The position numbers were made by a program, and so were the translations under genes. Below the pieces are notes generated by a model. That model worked only from the letters and a program-made list of their open reading frames with translations. It did not search any database and was not told the origin of the DNA. A stretch of 64,000 nucleotides of DNA, taken from NCBI GenBank assembly GCA_023379125.1, contig JAMCSY010000010.1, positions 913 through 64,912 of the forward strand. The letters run 5' to 3'. Position 1 is the first letter of the stretch. Each line of letters begins with the position of its first letter. The DNA is from Patescibacteria group bacterium (GTDB taxonomy: Bacteria > Patescibacteriota > Microgenomatia > Daviesbacterales > UBA10151). Shown piece after piece: positions 1 through 9,989 of the stretch.

Positions 1-1927
1 TGCGGCAGCTTGTAGAATTTTTTTCCGGACACCATAGATTATTTGTCGTTGCTGATTCATAACATCGTCATACTCAACAGTTGTTTTACGAATATCGAAG
101 TTATGTCCTTCAACTTTAACTTGAGCGGATTCAATCGCCTTTGAAACCATTTGGTGTTCAATTGGGACATCATCTGGCATTTTGAGGAAATTCATTACCC
201 GAGAAACCTGATCTCCTCCAAAGACACGCATTAAATCATCTTCCAGTGACACATAAAAACGAGAGATTCCAGCATCCCCTTGTCGACCAGAACGACCACG
301 CAGTTGGTTATCAATCCTTCGTGATTCATGCCTTTCTGTGCCAATTACATATAGTCCACCTAATTTGTCAACACCTTTACCAAGCTTAATATCAACACCC
401 CTCCCAGCCATGTTGGTGGCTACTGTGACAGCTCCTTTTTCTCCTGCGCGCGAAATAATTTCTGCCTCTTTTTCATGGTTTTTAGCATTGAGTAGAGCGT
501 GAGGTATCCGTTTTCTTTTGAGTAGTTCGGATAAAAATTCGTTTTTCTCGATCGAAGTTGTACCAACTAGTACAGGTTGCCCTTTTTTATACAGTCCCTC
601 GACCTGGTTCGCAACTGCTGTATATTTGGCTGTTTGAGTCTTATAAACAGCATCTGATAAATCCTCTCTAACCATTGGGCGATTTGTTGGAACAACGATT
701 ACATCAAGTTTGTAAATTTTATGAAACTCCTCTGCTTCCGTTGCGGCAGTTCCGGTCATCCCTGCTAATTTTTCAAACATTCTAAAGTAATTTTGAAAGG
801 AAATAGTTGCTAAAGTTTGCGACTCTTGCTGAATCTGAACTCCTTCTTTGGCTTCAATAGCTTGGTGTAAACCCTCAGAGTAGCGCCTTCCAGGCATTAG
901 CCGACCAGTAAACTCATCGACGATGACAACCTCACCCTCTTTGACAACATAGTCACGATCTTTGATAAATAGAGCCCTGGCTTTCAGGGCTTGTTCAATG
1001 TGATGTAAAGCAGAGAAGTCTTTTTCATATAGATTATCTATGTTTAGCATTTTCTCAATCTTGATGGTGCCGTGCTCGGTAAGCGAGGAAGTGCGTTGTT
1101 TTTCGTCGATGACATAATCGGTTTCCGACGAGAGTTTGTCAATTAATTTGGCAAAATCATAATATTTTTGCGTTGGTTCTGCAGCAGGTGCAGAGATGAT
1201 TAAAGGGGTTCGAGCTTCGTCTATCAAAATTGAATCAACCTCGTCAACGATCGCAAAATATGGTTCCCGCTGGACCATGCTATCTAGTGAATGGACCATG
1301 TTATCGCGTAAATAATCAAAACCAAACTCATTATTAGTTCCATAAGTAATATCGGTGTTGTAAGCCTCTTTGCGGGGAATAGCCTTTAAGTGCATTAGTC
1401 TTTCGTCAAAACGGCTTTTGTCTTTAAAGTCTGGGTCATAGATGAAAGACTCATCATGCACAATAACAGCAACGTTGGTACCTAGTGCTTGATAAACAGG
1501 ACCCATCCAACCACAACCTATGCGCGAAAGATAATCATTTACTGTAACTAAAAAAGCACCTCGCCCTAACAAAGAATTAAGGTACAGAGCTGGTACAGCC
1601 GATAAAGTTTTTCCTTCACCTGTTTTTTGCTCAGCGATTTTTCCTTGATGCAAAGCAATTGCTGCTACTAATTGCACGTCAAATAAACGTTGACCGAGTG
1701 TCCTAACTGCTGCTTCTCTGACTGCGGCGTAAGCTTCAGGAAGTAGCTCATCTATAGTAGTTCCTTTGGATATTAATTTTTTGAACTCAGAGGTTTTTTG
1801 AGCTAGCTGTTTATCAGAAAGCTTCTGATACTTTTTTTCTAAAGCATTGATTTGCTCGACAATTTTGCTAAACTTATTAATTTCGCGTTGGTTTGAATCT
1901 AGAAATTTATTAAAAATACTTAACATA
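1..1927 (-). CDS. secA: Preprotein translocase ATPase SecA; N-terminal ~640 aa, 3' end lies beyond the window start
   Basis: Reverse-strand translation from the ATG at 1927 reads [10 protein letters not shown]...[55 protein letters not shown]..., which matches the SecA DEAD-motor Walker A region. The ORF track has no entry here because the ORF runs off the window edge. Confidence 0.85.
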
Positions 1928-1986
1928 GGCTTAAGTATAAACTAAGTTATTATATGTGATAGTGAGCCTAAAGTATAGTTTAGAAC

Positions 1987-2014
1987 TTGACACAACAAGC
2001 TCTGATTCTATACA
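1987..2014 (+). promoter_or_regulatory. Candidate sigma70-like promoter (TTGACA, 16 nt spacer, TATACA) upstream of the 2068 gene, in the divergent secA/2068 intergenic region
   Basis: TTGACA lies at 1987-1992 and TATACA at 2009-2014, a 16-nt spacing, about 55 nt upstream of the ATG at 2068. This is a pattern match only. Confidence 0.25.
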
Positions 2015-2067
2015 CTAGCTATGTACTGATGGTCTCAATTTAATACTTATAAAAAATATTTCTGCCC

Positions 2068-3303
2068 ATGGATCAACAAAACACTAATAACTCTTCACAA
2101 AACCCTACCTCAGGAAATTTGCCAACTGACAATCAACCTGATGTTGGTATGCCAGCTGGTGTGCAATCTCCTGGTGCAGTAGCTGCTAATCCTCCTGTTA
2201 ATGATGAGCCAATTCCAACATTTGTACCACCATCTCCTGCACCGCCAGATATTTCTAGTGCTGCATCTCCCACAAGTGTTCAGCCATCAGGTGCTGATTT
2301 GATGCCTGGTGTTAGCATTGGTCAACCAGCAGCTCCAAATCTAACTGACTCTTCTCCTTTTGCTGCTCCGCCTGCTCCAAGTCAACCTGCAACTCCACCA
2401 CTAGAAAATACAATGTCTAGTCCGGCTAGCCCCACAAATCCCTTTGAGATGCCTGTTAATCCAGCAGATGATCCTGGAGTACAGCCTGGTTTTGGAGGTC
2501 CTGCAAATCCAGTAGGAGCAAGTTTGCCTGACACGACAACTACACCGCTGGCTAGTCCGGCTAATCCGATGATGCCACAGGCCGCTAGTTCACTTAGTAC
2601 AAGTCCTGCAGAGGCACAAGTTCCGCCTGGTAATGATACTGTTGCCTCTCCCCCAGCTTGGGGAGGTGAAGCTGCTGCACCACAATCAGACTCTTTAGGT
2701 CAAGGTAGTTTTAGTGATGCAGCTGGAACACAAAATACCGATGATTTGTTTGCTAAACCAAACGATTTAGGTAATAGCTCCTCATTTGGCCAAACAACAG
2801 ATAGTTATAATACAGTTGGTCAAACTGGCTCAACTCCTTCTACCGTACCCCCTAGTGAAGCTCCGACGGGAGCAACTAATCCTATGTCAAATGGGAATAT
2901 GCCTCCACAGGATCCACAATCAACAGTGGTAGCAGGTGCTGATACAAGTCAGGTAGTATCAAGTGGAGGAGGGTTTCCAAAGTGGATTATTGCCGTAGCT
3001 GGGGTAGTCTTGTTGTTAGTAGCTGCAGCAGCTGCATATTTTGTTTTTGGGATTGGACAAAATAAATTAAACAGTCTCGGTCAAACACCGATTATCCCAT
3101 CGCCAGTTCCTACCCAACCTCCTGTCCAGGCTACTCCAACTGTCTCACCATTTGGGGCGGGAAGCTTTGGAGAAATGATGGGTTCAACTGCCTCAGCGAG
3201 CATTTCAGCCACGCCTTCGCCTACTGCTTCTAGTTCTGGTCAATCAGCGATAGACTTACTGAAAGCGCGTGAATCAACTCCTACCCCTACACCAAAACTT
3301 TAA
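2068..3303 (+). CDS. Hypothetical low-complexity P/A/S/T-rich protein with a single TM helix (WIIAVAGVVLLLVAAAAAYFVFGIG)
   Basis: The 411-aa ORF has extreme Pro/Ala/Ser/Thr bias, one hydrophobic helix near residue 300 and a C-terminal TPTP tail. No enzymatic motifs are present. Confidence 0.6.
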   Translation: MDQQNTNNSSQNPTSGNLPTDNQPDVGMPAGVQSPGAVAANPPVNDEPIPTFVPPSPAPPDISSAASPTSVQPSGADLMPGVSIGQPAAPNLTDSSPFAAPPAPSQPATPPLENTMSSPASPTNPFEMPVNPADDPGVQPGFGGPANPVGASLPDTTTTPLASPANPMMPQAASSLSTSPAEAQVPPGNDTVASPPAWGGEAAAPQSDSLGQGSFSDAAGTQNTDDLFAKPNDLGNSSSFGQTTDSYNTVGQTGSTPSTVPPSEAPTGATNPMSNGNMPPQDPQSTVVAGADTSQVVSSGGGFPKWIIAVAGVVLLLVAAAAAYFVFGIGQNKLNSLGQTPIIPSPVPTQPPVQATPTVSPFGAGSFGEMMGSTASASISATPSPTASSSGQSAIDLLKARESTPTPTPKL

Positions 3304-3725
3304 GAATTAATTCTCAAAACTCGCGTATTTTCATTCTTGGCTTCAATTTTTATCCAAATAGTTTCTGTGGGTAATTGATCTTTAATCTTTTCTGCCCATT
3401 CAATTACCACGATGTTGTGTGGGTTTGCCCAAAACTCAGTTAGACCTAGCTCAGTTACATTAATTGGTGTTGCCAAGCGATATAAATCGATATGAAATAA
3501 GTAATTATGTGGATTTGATGGTAGTAAATATTGCCTAACTAATACAAATGTAGGTGATAATAGTTTATCCTTAATACCTAGCTCTTTTGCTATGGCTTGT
3601 GTTAGTAATGTCTTGCCAGTCCCCAAGTTTCCACTTAGAGCAATAATAGCTCCATTGCTCACTTTTTGAGCAATCTGTTGAGCGATTTGATAAGTGTCTT
3701 CAACACTATGAGAGATCAGTTGCAT
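3300..3725 (-). CDS. tsaE: tRNA threonylcarbamoyladenosine biosynthesis ATPase TsaE (YjeE)
   Basis: P-loop SGNLGTGKTLLTQAI, followed by SPTFVLVRQY and HIDLYRL, is the typical TsaE signature. The ORF track extends to 3761 using a TTG codon; the ATG at 3725 (MQLISHS...) is the more likely start. Confidence 0.8.
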   Translation of the reverse strand: MQLISHSVEDTYQIAQQIAQKVSNGAIIALSGNLGTGKTLLTQAIAKELGIKDKLLSPTFVLVRQYLLPSNPHNYLFHIDLYRLATPINVTELGLTEFWANPHNIVVIEWAEKIKDQLPTETIWIKIEAKNENTRVLRINS

Positions 3726-3735
3726 AAAGTGTATT

Positions 3736-4977
3736 TTAGTGTCTTTTGAGAATTTGAACAACTTGCTCTCGGTTTAAGAAAACAAAAACAAGACTACCAA
3801 ACATTATTGCAATACCACCTATCATTAACCAATAAGATAAGGGATTATTAGCTGGTATTTCCGTGGCACTTACAGTAGCAAGACCTTTAACATCCATTTC
3901 CTGATTGGTGCTATATAACGAGTTGGGTACCTCAAGATTAGCGGAACTGCTGGAAAAAGTTCCCGTCGGGGAGATCATTGGTCTTTTGGTGGGAGTGGGT
4001 GTTGAAGTTGGCACAGGAGGAGTAGGAGTTGGAGATGGACAGTTATTAATAGTAACTTCTTGTTGATTACTCCAAGTTGGACCTGAGCCATTTTCGCTGT
4101 AGCGAGCGATTTTTAAAAAGTATTGGCCTTTACCGGTAAATCCTGAATCTGTTGGATCAGACATTATCTCCAGGTTCCCATCCCATGAGCCTTGATCACT
4201 AGTCGTAATGGCAAATTGCTGAGAATAAGTTTGGTTATTGCTTATCCAATTATTGTCAACTTTAGTTTTACCAAAATAATTACTGGAACCTTCTTTGTTG
4301 AAAGCCCCTTTCAAATAATATTTGGCCTGTGAGGTTAGTTGGTTTAAGTGCATAGAAATTGAAAAAGTCTGATCACAGGTAATTTGATTGGGGGTAGAAT
4401 CTAATAAAAAAGGATTAATAGTTGGAGTGGGACTAGGGGAGGGAGTAGGAGTGATAGTACTAGTGATATTCACGCTTAATACGGTGTCAGAGAGAGAATC
4501 GCCACCGGCTTGAGTAAAACGGTTTATTTTTAGTAGATATTCGTCTGGTCCTTGGTAAGCATTGTTGTCTCGATCAATTTTTACCTTTAACTCTCCATGC
4601 CATTTACTATCTTCATCAGTTGTAATAGAGAGAAATTTTTTGTACTCATTTTTTGTATAAGGAATGTATTCATCTCCATTCCAGGTCAGACCAAAGTAAT
4701 TATCACCAGTCTGTTTTTGAAAAACCCCTGCTAAAAAATAAGAGGTATTTTTTAATCCAGAAAAATCCACATATAAAACTATCTCTGCCTGGTCATCGTA
4801 AGAATTCTGACTACCAGTGATAGTAAAAGTAGTAGTTGCGATTGCAGGTTTGGTTAACAGAAGAAACAAAGAACAAACGACAAAGATAAATGATAGAGAG
4901 AAGACACTTTTGGCAGTTGTCACATCTTCTATCTTAGCACTTATACCAGATATGATGATAATTACAGGACATGCCAA
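3736..4977 (-). CDS. Surface protein with N-terminal signal anchor, two homologous ~120-aa domains separated by Pro/Thr linkers, and a C-terminal TM anchor
   Basis: Internal repeat YFLAGVFQKQTGDNYFGLTW...QGPDEYLLKINRF versus YYLKGAFNKEGSSNYFGKTK...GKGQYFLKIARY. Linkers are TPTPSPSPTPT and PSPTPTPPVPTSTPTPT. The C-terminal hydrophobic anchor is WLMIGGIAIMFGSLVFVFL. Confidence 0.6.
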   Translation of the reverse strand: MACPVIIIISGISAKIEDVTTAKSVFSLSFIFVVCSLFLLLTKPAIATTTFTITGSQNSYDDQAEIVLYVDFSGLKNTSYFLAGVFQKQTGDNYFGLTWNGDEYIPYTKNEYKKFLSITTDEDSKWHGELKVKIDRDNNAYQGPDEYLLKINRFTQAGGDSLSDTVLSVNITSTITPTPSPSPTPTINPFLLDSTPNQITCDQTFSISMHLNQLTSQAKYYLKGAFNKEGSSNYFGKTKVDNNWISNNQTYSQQFAITTSDQGSWDGNLEIMSDPTDSGFTGKGQYFLKIARYSENGSGPTWSNQQEVTINNCPSPTPTPPVPTSTPTPTKRPMISPTGTFSSSSANLEVPNSLYSTNQEMDVKGLATVSATEIPANNPLSYWLMIGGIAIMFGSLVFVFLNREQVVQILKRH

Positions 4978-6125
4978 TAAAGCGTGACAATCCCATTCTG
5001 ATGATCAACAATTACTCCCTTGCCGACAGAAGAACCCCCCTGAATATTTAGAGTACAAGGTGCTGATGTTCCATAAGCGATGCCTTTATCTGCAGCTAGA
5101 ACTGGTCTTCCAACACCCTCATAAACTTTAGGGGCAATATCCAGTCCGGTATGAACTCCCAGAAAATATACCTGTCCATATTCAGTAGTTATCTGAGTCT
5201 CGCCGGGATAGCCTTTAAGCGGTGGCCCTAATTTACCATTATCAAGATAGTTATGTGGATTAACTCGTGTACCGATGATTTTACCATCTTCAACTTTGGC
5301 ATTCTCAAAAACCTCAAAATGTAAATGTGGTCCCGTTGAGCACCCAGTTGATCCCATCGCTGCTATCTGTTGCCCTTTTTCGACGGTACCAATTTTAACG
5401 CCAATGTTGCCAATAGCTTGGGTAATCGATTCTTGCTCGGCTTGTAATTGGGCAATTAAATTTTGAAAATTAGATTCATCATTTTTAGTGGCTGTTAATA
5501 AATCTTGTTTCGCTTTCTTCTGTGAGTTCAGTTCGTCCTGATAAGTTTGTAGCTGATTCATTAACTGCTGTTGTTCTGACTGGCGAGCTTCTTTATCAGT
5601 TTTTTGATCATTGTAAGCAGCCTTAGTAGCTTGTAGTTGATAAAGTACTTTTTTATCATTTTCCTGGGCAACGGCAATATACTTTTCTCGCAACAATAAA
5701 TCAGAAAACCCATTGGAGGAAAGTAGTAACTCTAAAGGAGAATAGTTGCCGTATTTATAAGTTTCAACAATTCTATTTAATAAAACATTAGAAATAGAGT
5801 CAACGGAGTCTGAAAGACGCCCGATTCGGCCACTGAGATCGTTAATTTCTAAATCTAACTTGGCGATTTCGGTGGTAGTTTGAGCAATTTTGAGCTCAGT
5901 GATATTTGTTTGAGCATCAATGTAGGCTAGTTGCGAATTAAGAGTTTTTTCTTTACCTTGAGCTTCTTGAAGTTTTGTTGTAGCATCATTAATTTGTTGT
6001 TGCAAAGAAGATGCTTTATCGCTAAGGCACTGTAGATCATTACAATCATTAGCCTGTGCACTAACAGGAAATAAAGATAGTAGCAAAAATAATACCAAAG
6101 TAGAAACGAGAACCTTCATATTCAA
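4962..6125 (-). CDS. Secreted coiled-coil M23 metallopeptidase (EnvC-like activator/hydrolase of the FtsEX system)
   Basis: A signal peptide MNMKVLVSTLVLFLLLSLFPVSAQA is followed by a long Q/E/K-rich coiled coil and a C-terminal LytM domain. The LytM domain carries HTGLDI (HxxxD) and GPHLHFEV (HxH) motifs. The gene lies directly upstream of ftsX and ftsE. Confidence 0.75.
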   Translation of the reverse strand: MNMKVLVSTLVLFLLLSLFPVSAQANDCNDLQCLSDKASSLQQQINDATTKLQEAQGKEKTLNSQLAYIDAQTNITELKIAQTTTEIAKLDLEINDLSGRIGRLSDSVDSISNVLLNRIVETYKYGNYSPLELLLSSNGFSDLLLREKYIAVAQENDKKVLYQLQATKAAYNDQKTDKEARQSEQQQLMNQLQTYQDELNSQKKAKQDLLTATKNDESNFQNLIAQLQAEQESITQAIGNIGVKIGTVEKGQQIAAMGSTGCSTGPHLHFEVFENAKVEDGKIIGTRVNPHNYLDNGKLGPPLKGYPGETQITTEYGQVYFLGVHTGLDIAPKVYEGVGRPVLAADKGIAYGTSAPCTLNIQGGSSVGKGVIVDHQNGIVTLYWHVL

Positions 6126-6241
6126 AGTTTATCAACTAAAACAAAAAACCACAAAATCAGGCTTGATAGATAAATGTTTGAGAATGCTCAGAGTGATAAT
6201 TTTCAACTTGAAGGGTGGACTAACAATGGCTATTAAGCTCG

Positions 6242-7117
6242 TCAAATATGTAGGTAGCGTCTAACTGCAGCATAAGAGCCAAGTAATCCGACGAAAGCAG
6301 CAACTGCTAATTCTACTCCTAATAAACCCCCAATAAAGATCCAAGAGATAGGAAAAATTACTTGTGATACCTCTCCTAGGCTTTGTGACATAATTGGCTG
6401 GAAATACCAAAGCACGAGAAAACTTAACCCCCAACCCAAGAACGCTCCGCCAGAAGCATATGCCAACCCTTCTAAAATATAAGGAATTCTAATAAACCAA
6501 TTTGATGCTCCGAGTAACCTCATTGTTTCAATCTCATCTCTTTTAATACGAATCTTAAAACCGATGATCATTAAAATAATTAAAGTGGAAAAAATTACTA
6601 AAAAGGCAACTACTGTTCCTCCAACTAATCTAATCAAATGAGTAGCTGAAGTAAGAGAGGCCACAACATCTTCAGGAAAGACCACTTCTTCAACAACTGG
6701 CTCTTTTTGTACAATTGTCGCAATGTCTTTTAAGTCTTCTGGCGTTTTAGTGTTGATCTCAAGTGAAGCTGGCAGGATATTTGCTGTAACTAGTTCTAGC
6801 AGTAAAGGATTATTTTTGTTACGGTCTCGGTAGATTTGCAAGGCTTCTTCCTTAGAAACATATTTGAATTTGGTAATCTTACCAGTTAAAGTTAGCGCAT
6901 TTTCAATTGCTTGCACGTCTTTATCAGTGGTGCCGTCTTTGAAAAAAGCAATTGCTTGTGGCTTGCCCTCATAAAAAGTTAAGATCTCTTGTGACCCCAC
7001 AGCGACTATTAAAAATACCGAGATAACCAAAAAAGTTAAAAACATAACCATTAAGGCAGCTAATGCTTGGTATGGAGTTCTTCTAATATTCCTGAGGACA
7101 AATTGCTTATAGACCAT
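6242..7117 (-). CDS. ftsX: Cell division permease FtsX
   Basis: The 291-aa protein has an N-terminal TM, an extracytoplasmic domain and a C-terminal 3-TM bundle. Its stop abuts the ftsE start at 7117. Confidence 0.75.
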   Translation of the reverse strand: MVYKQFVLRNIRRTPYQALAALMVMFLTFLVISVFLIVAVGSQEILTFYEGKPQAIAFFKDGTTDKDVQAIENALTLTGKITKFKYVSKEEALQIYRDRNKNNPLLLELVTANILPASLEINTKTPEDLKDIATIVQKEPVVEEVVFPEDVVASLTSATHLIRLVGGTVVAFLVIFSTLIILMIIGFKIRIKRDEIETMRLLGASNWFIRIPYILEGLAYASGGAFLGWGLSFLVLWYFQPIMSQSLGEVSQVIFPISWIFIGGLLGVELAVAAFVGLLGSYAAVRRYLHI

Positions 7118-7836
7118 TATGTTTTTACCTCTTCATTTGGTTTTTCTTCCTCGCGATGAAATTCGTATTTAGCTTCATGCTTATCACTAACGATCTTACC
7201 CTTACTTAAAATTATCACCCGTTTTTTTAAGGCGTCAACAATATCTTTGTTGTGAGTAGCCATAATGACAGTAGTGCCCCAAGAGTTTATTTCAGCTAAG
7301 AGCTGAATCACTGCTGCAGCTGTTTGGGGGTCAAGGTCGCCGGTTGGTTCATCAGCCAAGACGATTGACGGTTTGCCGATCACTGCTCTCGCTATTGCGA
7401 CTCGCTGGGCTTCACCTCCAGAAAGCTGACGGGGGAAAAGTGCTCGTCGTTCCCAAATATCAAATAGCTTTAGGGTTCGCTCAACCTCTTTATTAACCTC
7501 AATCTCTTTAACTCCTCGCGCTTGAAGAGATAAAGCCACATTTTCAAACACAGTGCGATCATCTAGCAATTTGAAATCCTGAAAGACAAATCCAACCTTA
7601 CGCCGATAAATCGGTAATTTAGAGGAAACGATTCTAGTGATATCTACTTCATCAACAAAGACTTTGCCTGAGGAGGGTAAAAATTCTCGGGCTAAAATTC
7701 GCAGCAGCGTAGATTTACCAGCACCTGAAGGACCAACTAGAAAAACGAACTCACCATTTTGAATTTCTAAATTAATACTGTCGAGGGCAGTGATTGCTGA
7801 ACTAAATTTTTTATTAACATCTTGAAAAGAGATCAT
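7117..7836 (-). CDS. ftsE: Cell division ABC ATPase FtsE
   Basis: Walker A GPSGAGKSTLLRIL, ABC signature LSGGEAQRVAIARA and Walker B IVLADEPTGDLD. Confidence 0.85.
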   Translation of the reverse strand: MISFQDVNKKFSSAITALDSINLEIQNGEFVFLVGPSGAGKSTLLRILAREFLPSSGKVFVDEVDITRIVSSKLPIYRRKVGFVFQDFKLLDDRTVFENVALSLQARGVKEIEVNKEVERTLKLFDIWERRALFPRQLSGGEAQRVAIARAVIGKPSIVLADEPTGDLDPQTAAAVIQLLAEINSWGTTVIMATHNKDIVDALKKRVIILSKGKIVSDKHEAKYEFHREEEKPNEEVKT

Positions 7837-7893
7837 TGTTGCGTATTCAGACTATTTAGACAGTTCCAGTCTGTGCACCTAAAGAAGTTTGGC

Positions 7894-8334
7894 TTAGTTT
7901 TCTACTTCAACCTTGCCTACATCCATGAGCCAACCAGACTTCAAAGCTTTTTGAGTTTCGCCATAAACTTTTACTTTTTTGCCATTATATTGATTTAAAT
8001 CAACTACAGAAGAGGTGAGAGTTACAGGTGTTGCTCCAGTTCTCACTAACAGATGTGTACCCTCAACATATTGCCCTGGATCAGAAGGGGTGGGAATAGG
8101 TTGGATGACTCCTTCAGCAAAATCTCGGAAGGTGCTTGAATCTTGGGCTGCTTGTGAGGGGGGAGTAGTGGTGCTACCAGTAGTATTTGCAGAACTGGTA
8201 TTGTTTTTGCTACCTGAAGAGGCTAGTAAATAACCAGTAGCAGTCCCAAAAACAATTGATGCCACAACCACCACCAAAAACAATTTAGTGTAAGTTGAGG
8301 CATTACTTCCAGGCAGACGTTCCAAATTTTCCAT
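7894..8334 (-). CDS. Hypothetical membrane-anchored protein with an S/T-rich stalk
   Basis: The 146-aa protein has an N-terminal TM (LFLVVVVASIVFGTATGYLLA) followed by a Ser/Thr/Asn-rich segment. Confidence 0.45.
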   Translation of the reverse strand: MENLERLPGSNASTYTKLFLVVVVASIVFGTATGYLLASSGSKNNTSSANTTGSTTTPPSQAAQDSSTFRDFAEGVIQPIPTPSDPGQYVEGTHLLVRTGATPVTLTSSVVDLNQYNGKKVKVYGETQKALKSGWLMDVGKVEVEN

Positions 8335-8362
8335 TAAACTAAAGGTACTTCAATCATTTTAA

Positions 8363-9454
8363 CTAAGCAGATACACTTTTGTCCAGCCTGAGTTCAGCCT
8401 CAATAAACTCTTGAAGGTCTCCATCAAGGACACTATCTGTATCAGAAGTTTCTATCCCAGTGCGTAAGTCTTTGACCATATGATAAGGGTGAAGAACGTA
8501 TGATCTGATTTGAGTTCCCCACGAAGCCTGTCTGTTTTCCCCTTTTAATTTTTCTTCAGTTTGCTTATGTTTTTCTTCGCGGAATGCCCATAATTTAGCA
8601 ATGAGAATCTTCATGGCATTTTCCCTATTTTGTAGTTGTGAGCGCTCGGTTTGGGCTGTAACTGTAATCCCAGTAGGTTTATGTTTTAATCTTACTGCCG
8701 TACTAACTTTATTGACATTTTGTCCACCATGTCCGCTAGAACGAAATGCTTCAAATTCAATATCTTCAGGATTGACTTCAATATCAGTTTCATCTTCGAT
8801 GATTGGTAAGACTTCAACCAGAGCAAAGGAAGTTTGACGCAGTTTATCGGCATTAAAAGGCGATTGGCGAACTAGTCTGTGTGTGCCTGCCTCACCTTTT
8901 AAATAACCATAAGCGAATGGTACATGAATAATCATGGAAATTGATTTATAACCAGCTTCCTCACCAAAGCTTTCGTCGCTGATTTCGAAATCCCATTCTG
9001 ATCTTTCAAGATATCTTTGATACATTCTTGCAAGCATGGCAGCCCAATCCATCGCTTCTACTCCGCCTGTCCCGGAGTGGATGGATAAAATAGCCTCAGC
9101 TTGATCATGGGGTCCAGATAAAAATAGATGCAACTCTAGCTCAGATAGATGATGATCAATGCTTAAAATCTCACTTCTTAAATCTTGTTCAAGATCACTC
9201 TCGTTAAGCATTTCCTTGGTAAATTCTAACTTTTCCTCTAATGTCTTAATAGATTCTAAAAGCTTTTGTTTTTGGGCCACATTTTGTGAGAAGTGCCTTG
9301 CTTTTCTGGAATCATCCCAGAAACCAGAATTATTCATCTCTGCTTCCTCCTGTCTTACTTCAATGGTTAATTGTTCTGGATTGAACTGGTTAACTATTTT
9401 TTGGTAACGGGTGGCTAAATCATCAAACTGCTTTTTAATCTCATCCATGGGCAA
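8363..9454 (-). CDS. prfB: Peptide chain release factor 2, contiguous ORF without the programmed +1 frameshift
   Basis: The SPF tripeptide ([10 protein letters not shown]) identifies RF2 rather than RF1. GGQ motif [24 protein letters not shown]. The protein is full length at 363 aa. Confidence 0.85.
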   Translation of the reverse strand: MPMDEIKKQFDDLATRYQKIVNQFNPEQLTIEVRQEEAEMNNSGFWDDSRKARHFSQNVAQKQKLLESIKTLEEKLEFTKEMLNESDLEQDLRSEILSIDHHLSELELHLFLSGPHDQAEAILSIHSGTGGVEAMDWAAMLARMYQRYLERSEWDFEISDESFGEEAGYKSISMIIHVPFAYGYLKGEAGTHRLVRQSPFNADKLRQTSFALVEVLPIIEDETDIEVNPEDIEFEAFRSSGHGGQNVNKVSTAVRLKHKPTGITVTAQTERSQLQNRENAMKILIAKLWAFREEKHKQTEEKLKGENRQASWGTQIRSYVLHPYHMVKDLRTGIETSDTDSVLDGDLQEFIEAELRLDKSVSA

Positions 9455-9488
9455 ATTATAACAGTTTTTAAATTAGGGAGATGGAAGG

Positions 9489-9989
9489 TTATTTTATAGT
9501 TGTTTCATTGTATAACTTAAGATTGTCAGGATACATAAAACCCACTGAAGTCACTTTCCAAGTACGGTTGACTCTATCGTATTCGTAAGACATTGGACAA
9601 ACGATCCAATTTTTATCAGATCCTGGTGATCCACTATCTGTAGTAGGGTTGTCTGTTTTCCAGGGAAATACAGCACATCCAGAAACACGATTACCTGGGG
9701 TTAGCTTAAGAATTGGTTGTCTAGTCTGTGGATTATCTGGTGTAGCAAATGGTGAGTATCTAACATTAGCCCCATCTGGACCTACATCATAAGTATGTTT
9801 TTGAGTTTGCGGACTATTTAAAAGCTTAGTACCTGCATCTTGATAGCGCTGGACTTCTTTATTTAACTGGAGTATTTCTGATAAGGTGTAACCTCCTAAT
9901 CCTAGTGTGGTCGCTGCACTAATGATCAGAGTTCTTCTTCCTATTCGAGGTATATGGATACTATTAATAGCTTGTTGAATTCTTTCCAT
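9489..9989 (-). CDS. Hypothetical exported protein
   Basis: The 166-aa protein has an N-terminal RIGRRTLIISAATTLGLGG segment, a possible twin-arginine-like signal. Nothing else is recognisable. Confidence 0.4.
   Translation of the reverse strand: MERIQQAINSIHIPRIGRRTLIISAATTLGLGGYTLSEILQLNKEVQRYQDAGTKLLNSPQTQKHTYDVGPDGANVRYSPFATPDNPQTRQPILKLTPGNRVSGCAVFPWKTDNPTTDSGSPGSDKNWIVCPMSYEYDRVNRTWKVTSVGFMYPDNLKLYNETTIK

Noticed and set aside
3726-3761. Longer TsaE N-terminus (track ORF start at 3761)
   Set aside because: That start is a TTG codon. The added residues (MFKFSKDTKIHF) have no counterpart in TsaE, and the ATG at 3725 aligns with the family N-terminus.
5275-5466. Short ORFs on the strand opposite to, or nested inside, long well-supported genes. 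Examples are 5275-5466, 8015-8233, 8601-8837, 9159-9407, 11332-11559, 11461-11655, 12686-12868, 13045-13296, 13338-13544, 14820-15026, 15366-15581, 16682-16942, 20651-20878, 23510-23846, 24912-25232, 25969-26169, 27521-27718, 30437-30655, 32152-32415, 40951-41277, 42549-42731, 48538-48729, 49494-49700, 54436-54648, 55658-55852 and 59746-60009.
   Set aside because: All lie fully within larger ORFs that have clear homology or TM architecture. Their compositions are typical of antisense or out-of-frame readings (Cys/Trp/His-rich, no motifs). Treated as spurious.
8363-9454. Alternative genetic code (UGA recoding) typical of some CPR lineages
   Set aside because: RF2 (SPF motif) is present and UGA terminates at least one confident gene at 11554. 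The standard code is therefore retained.
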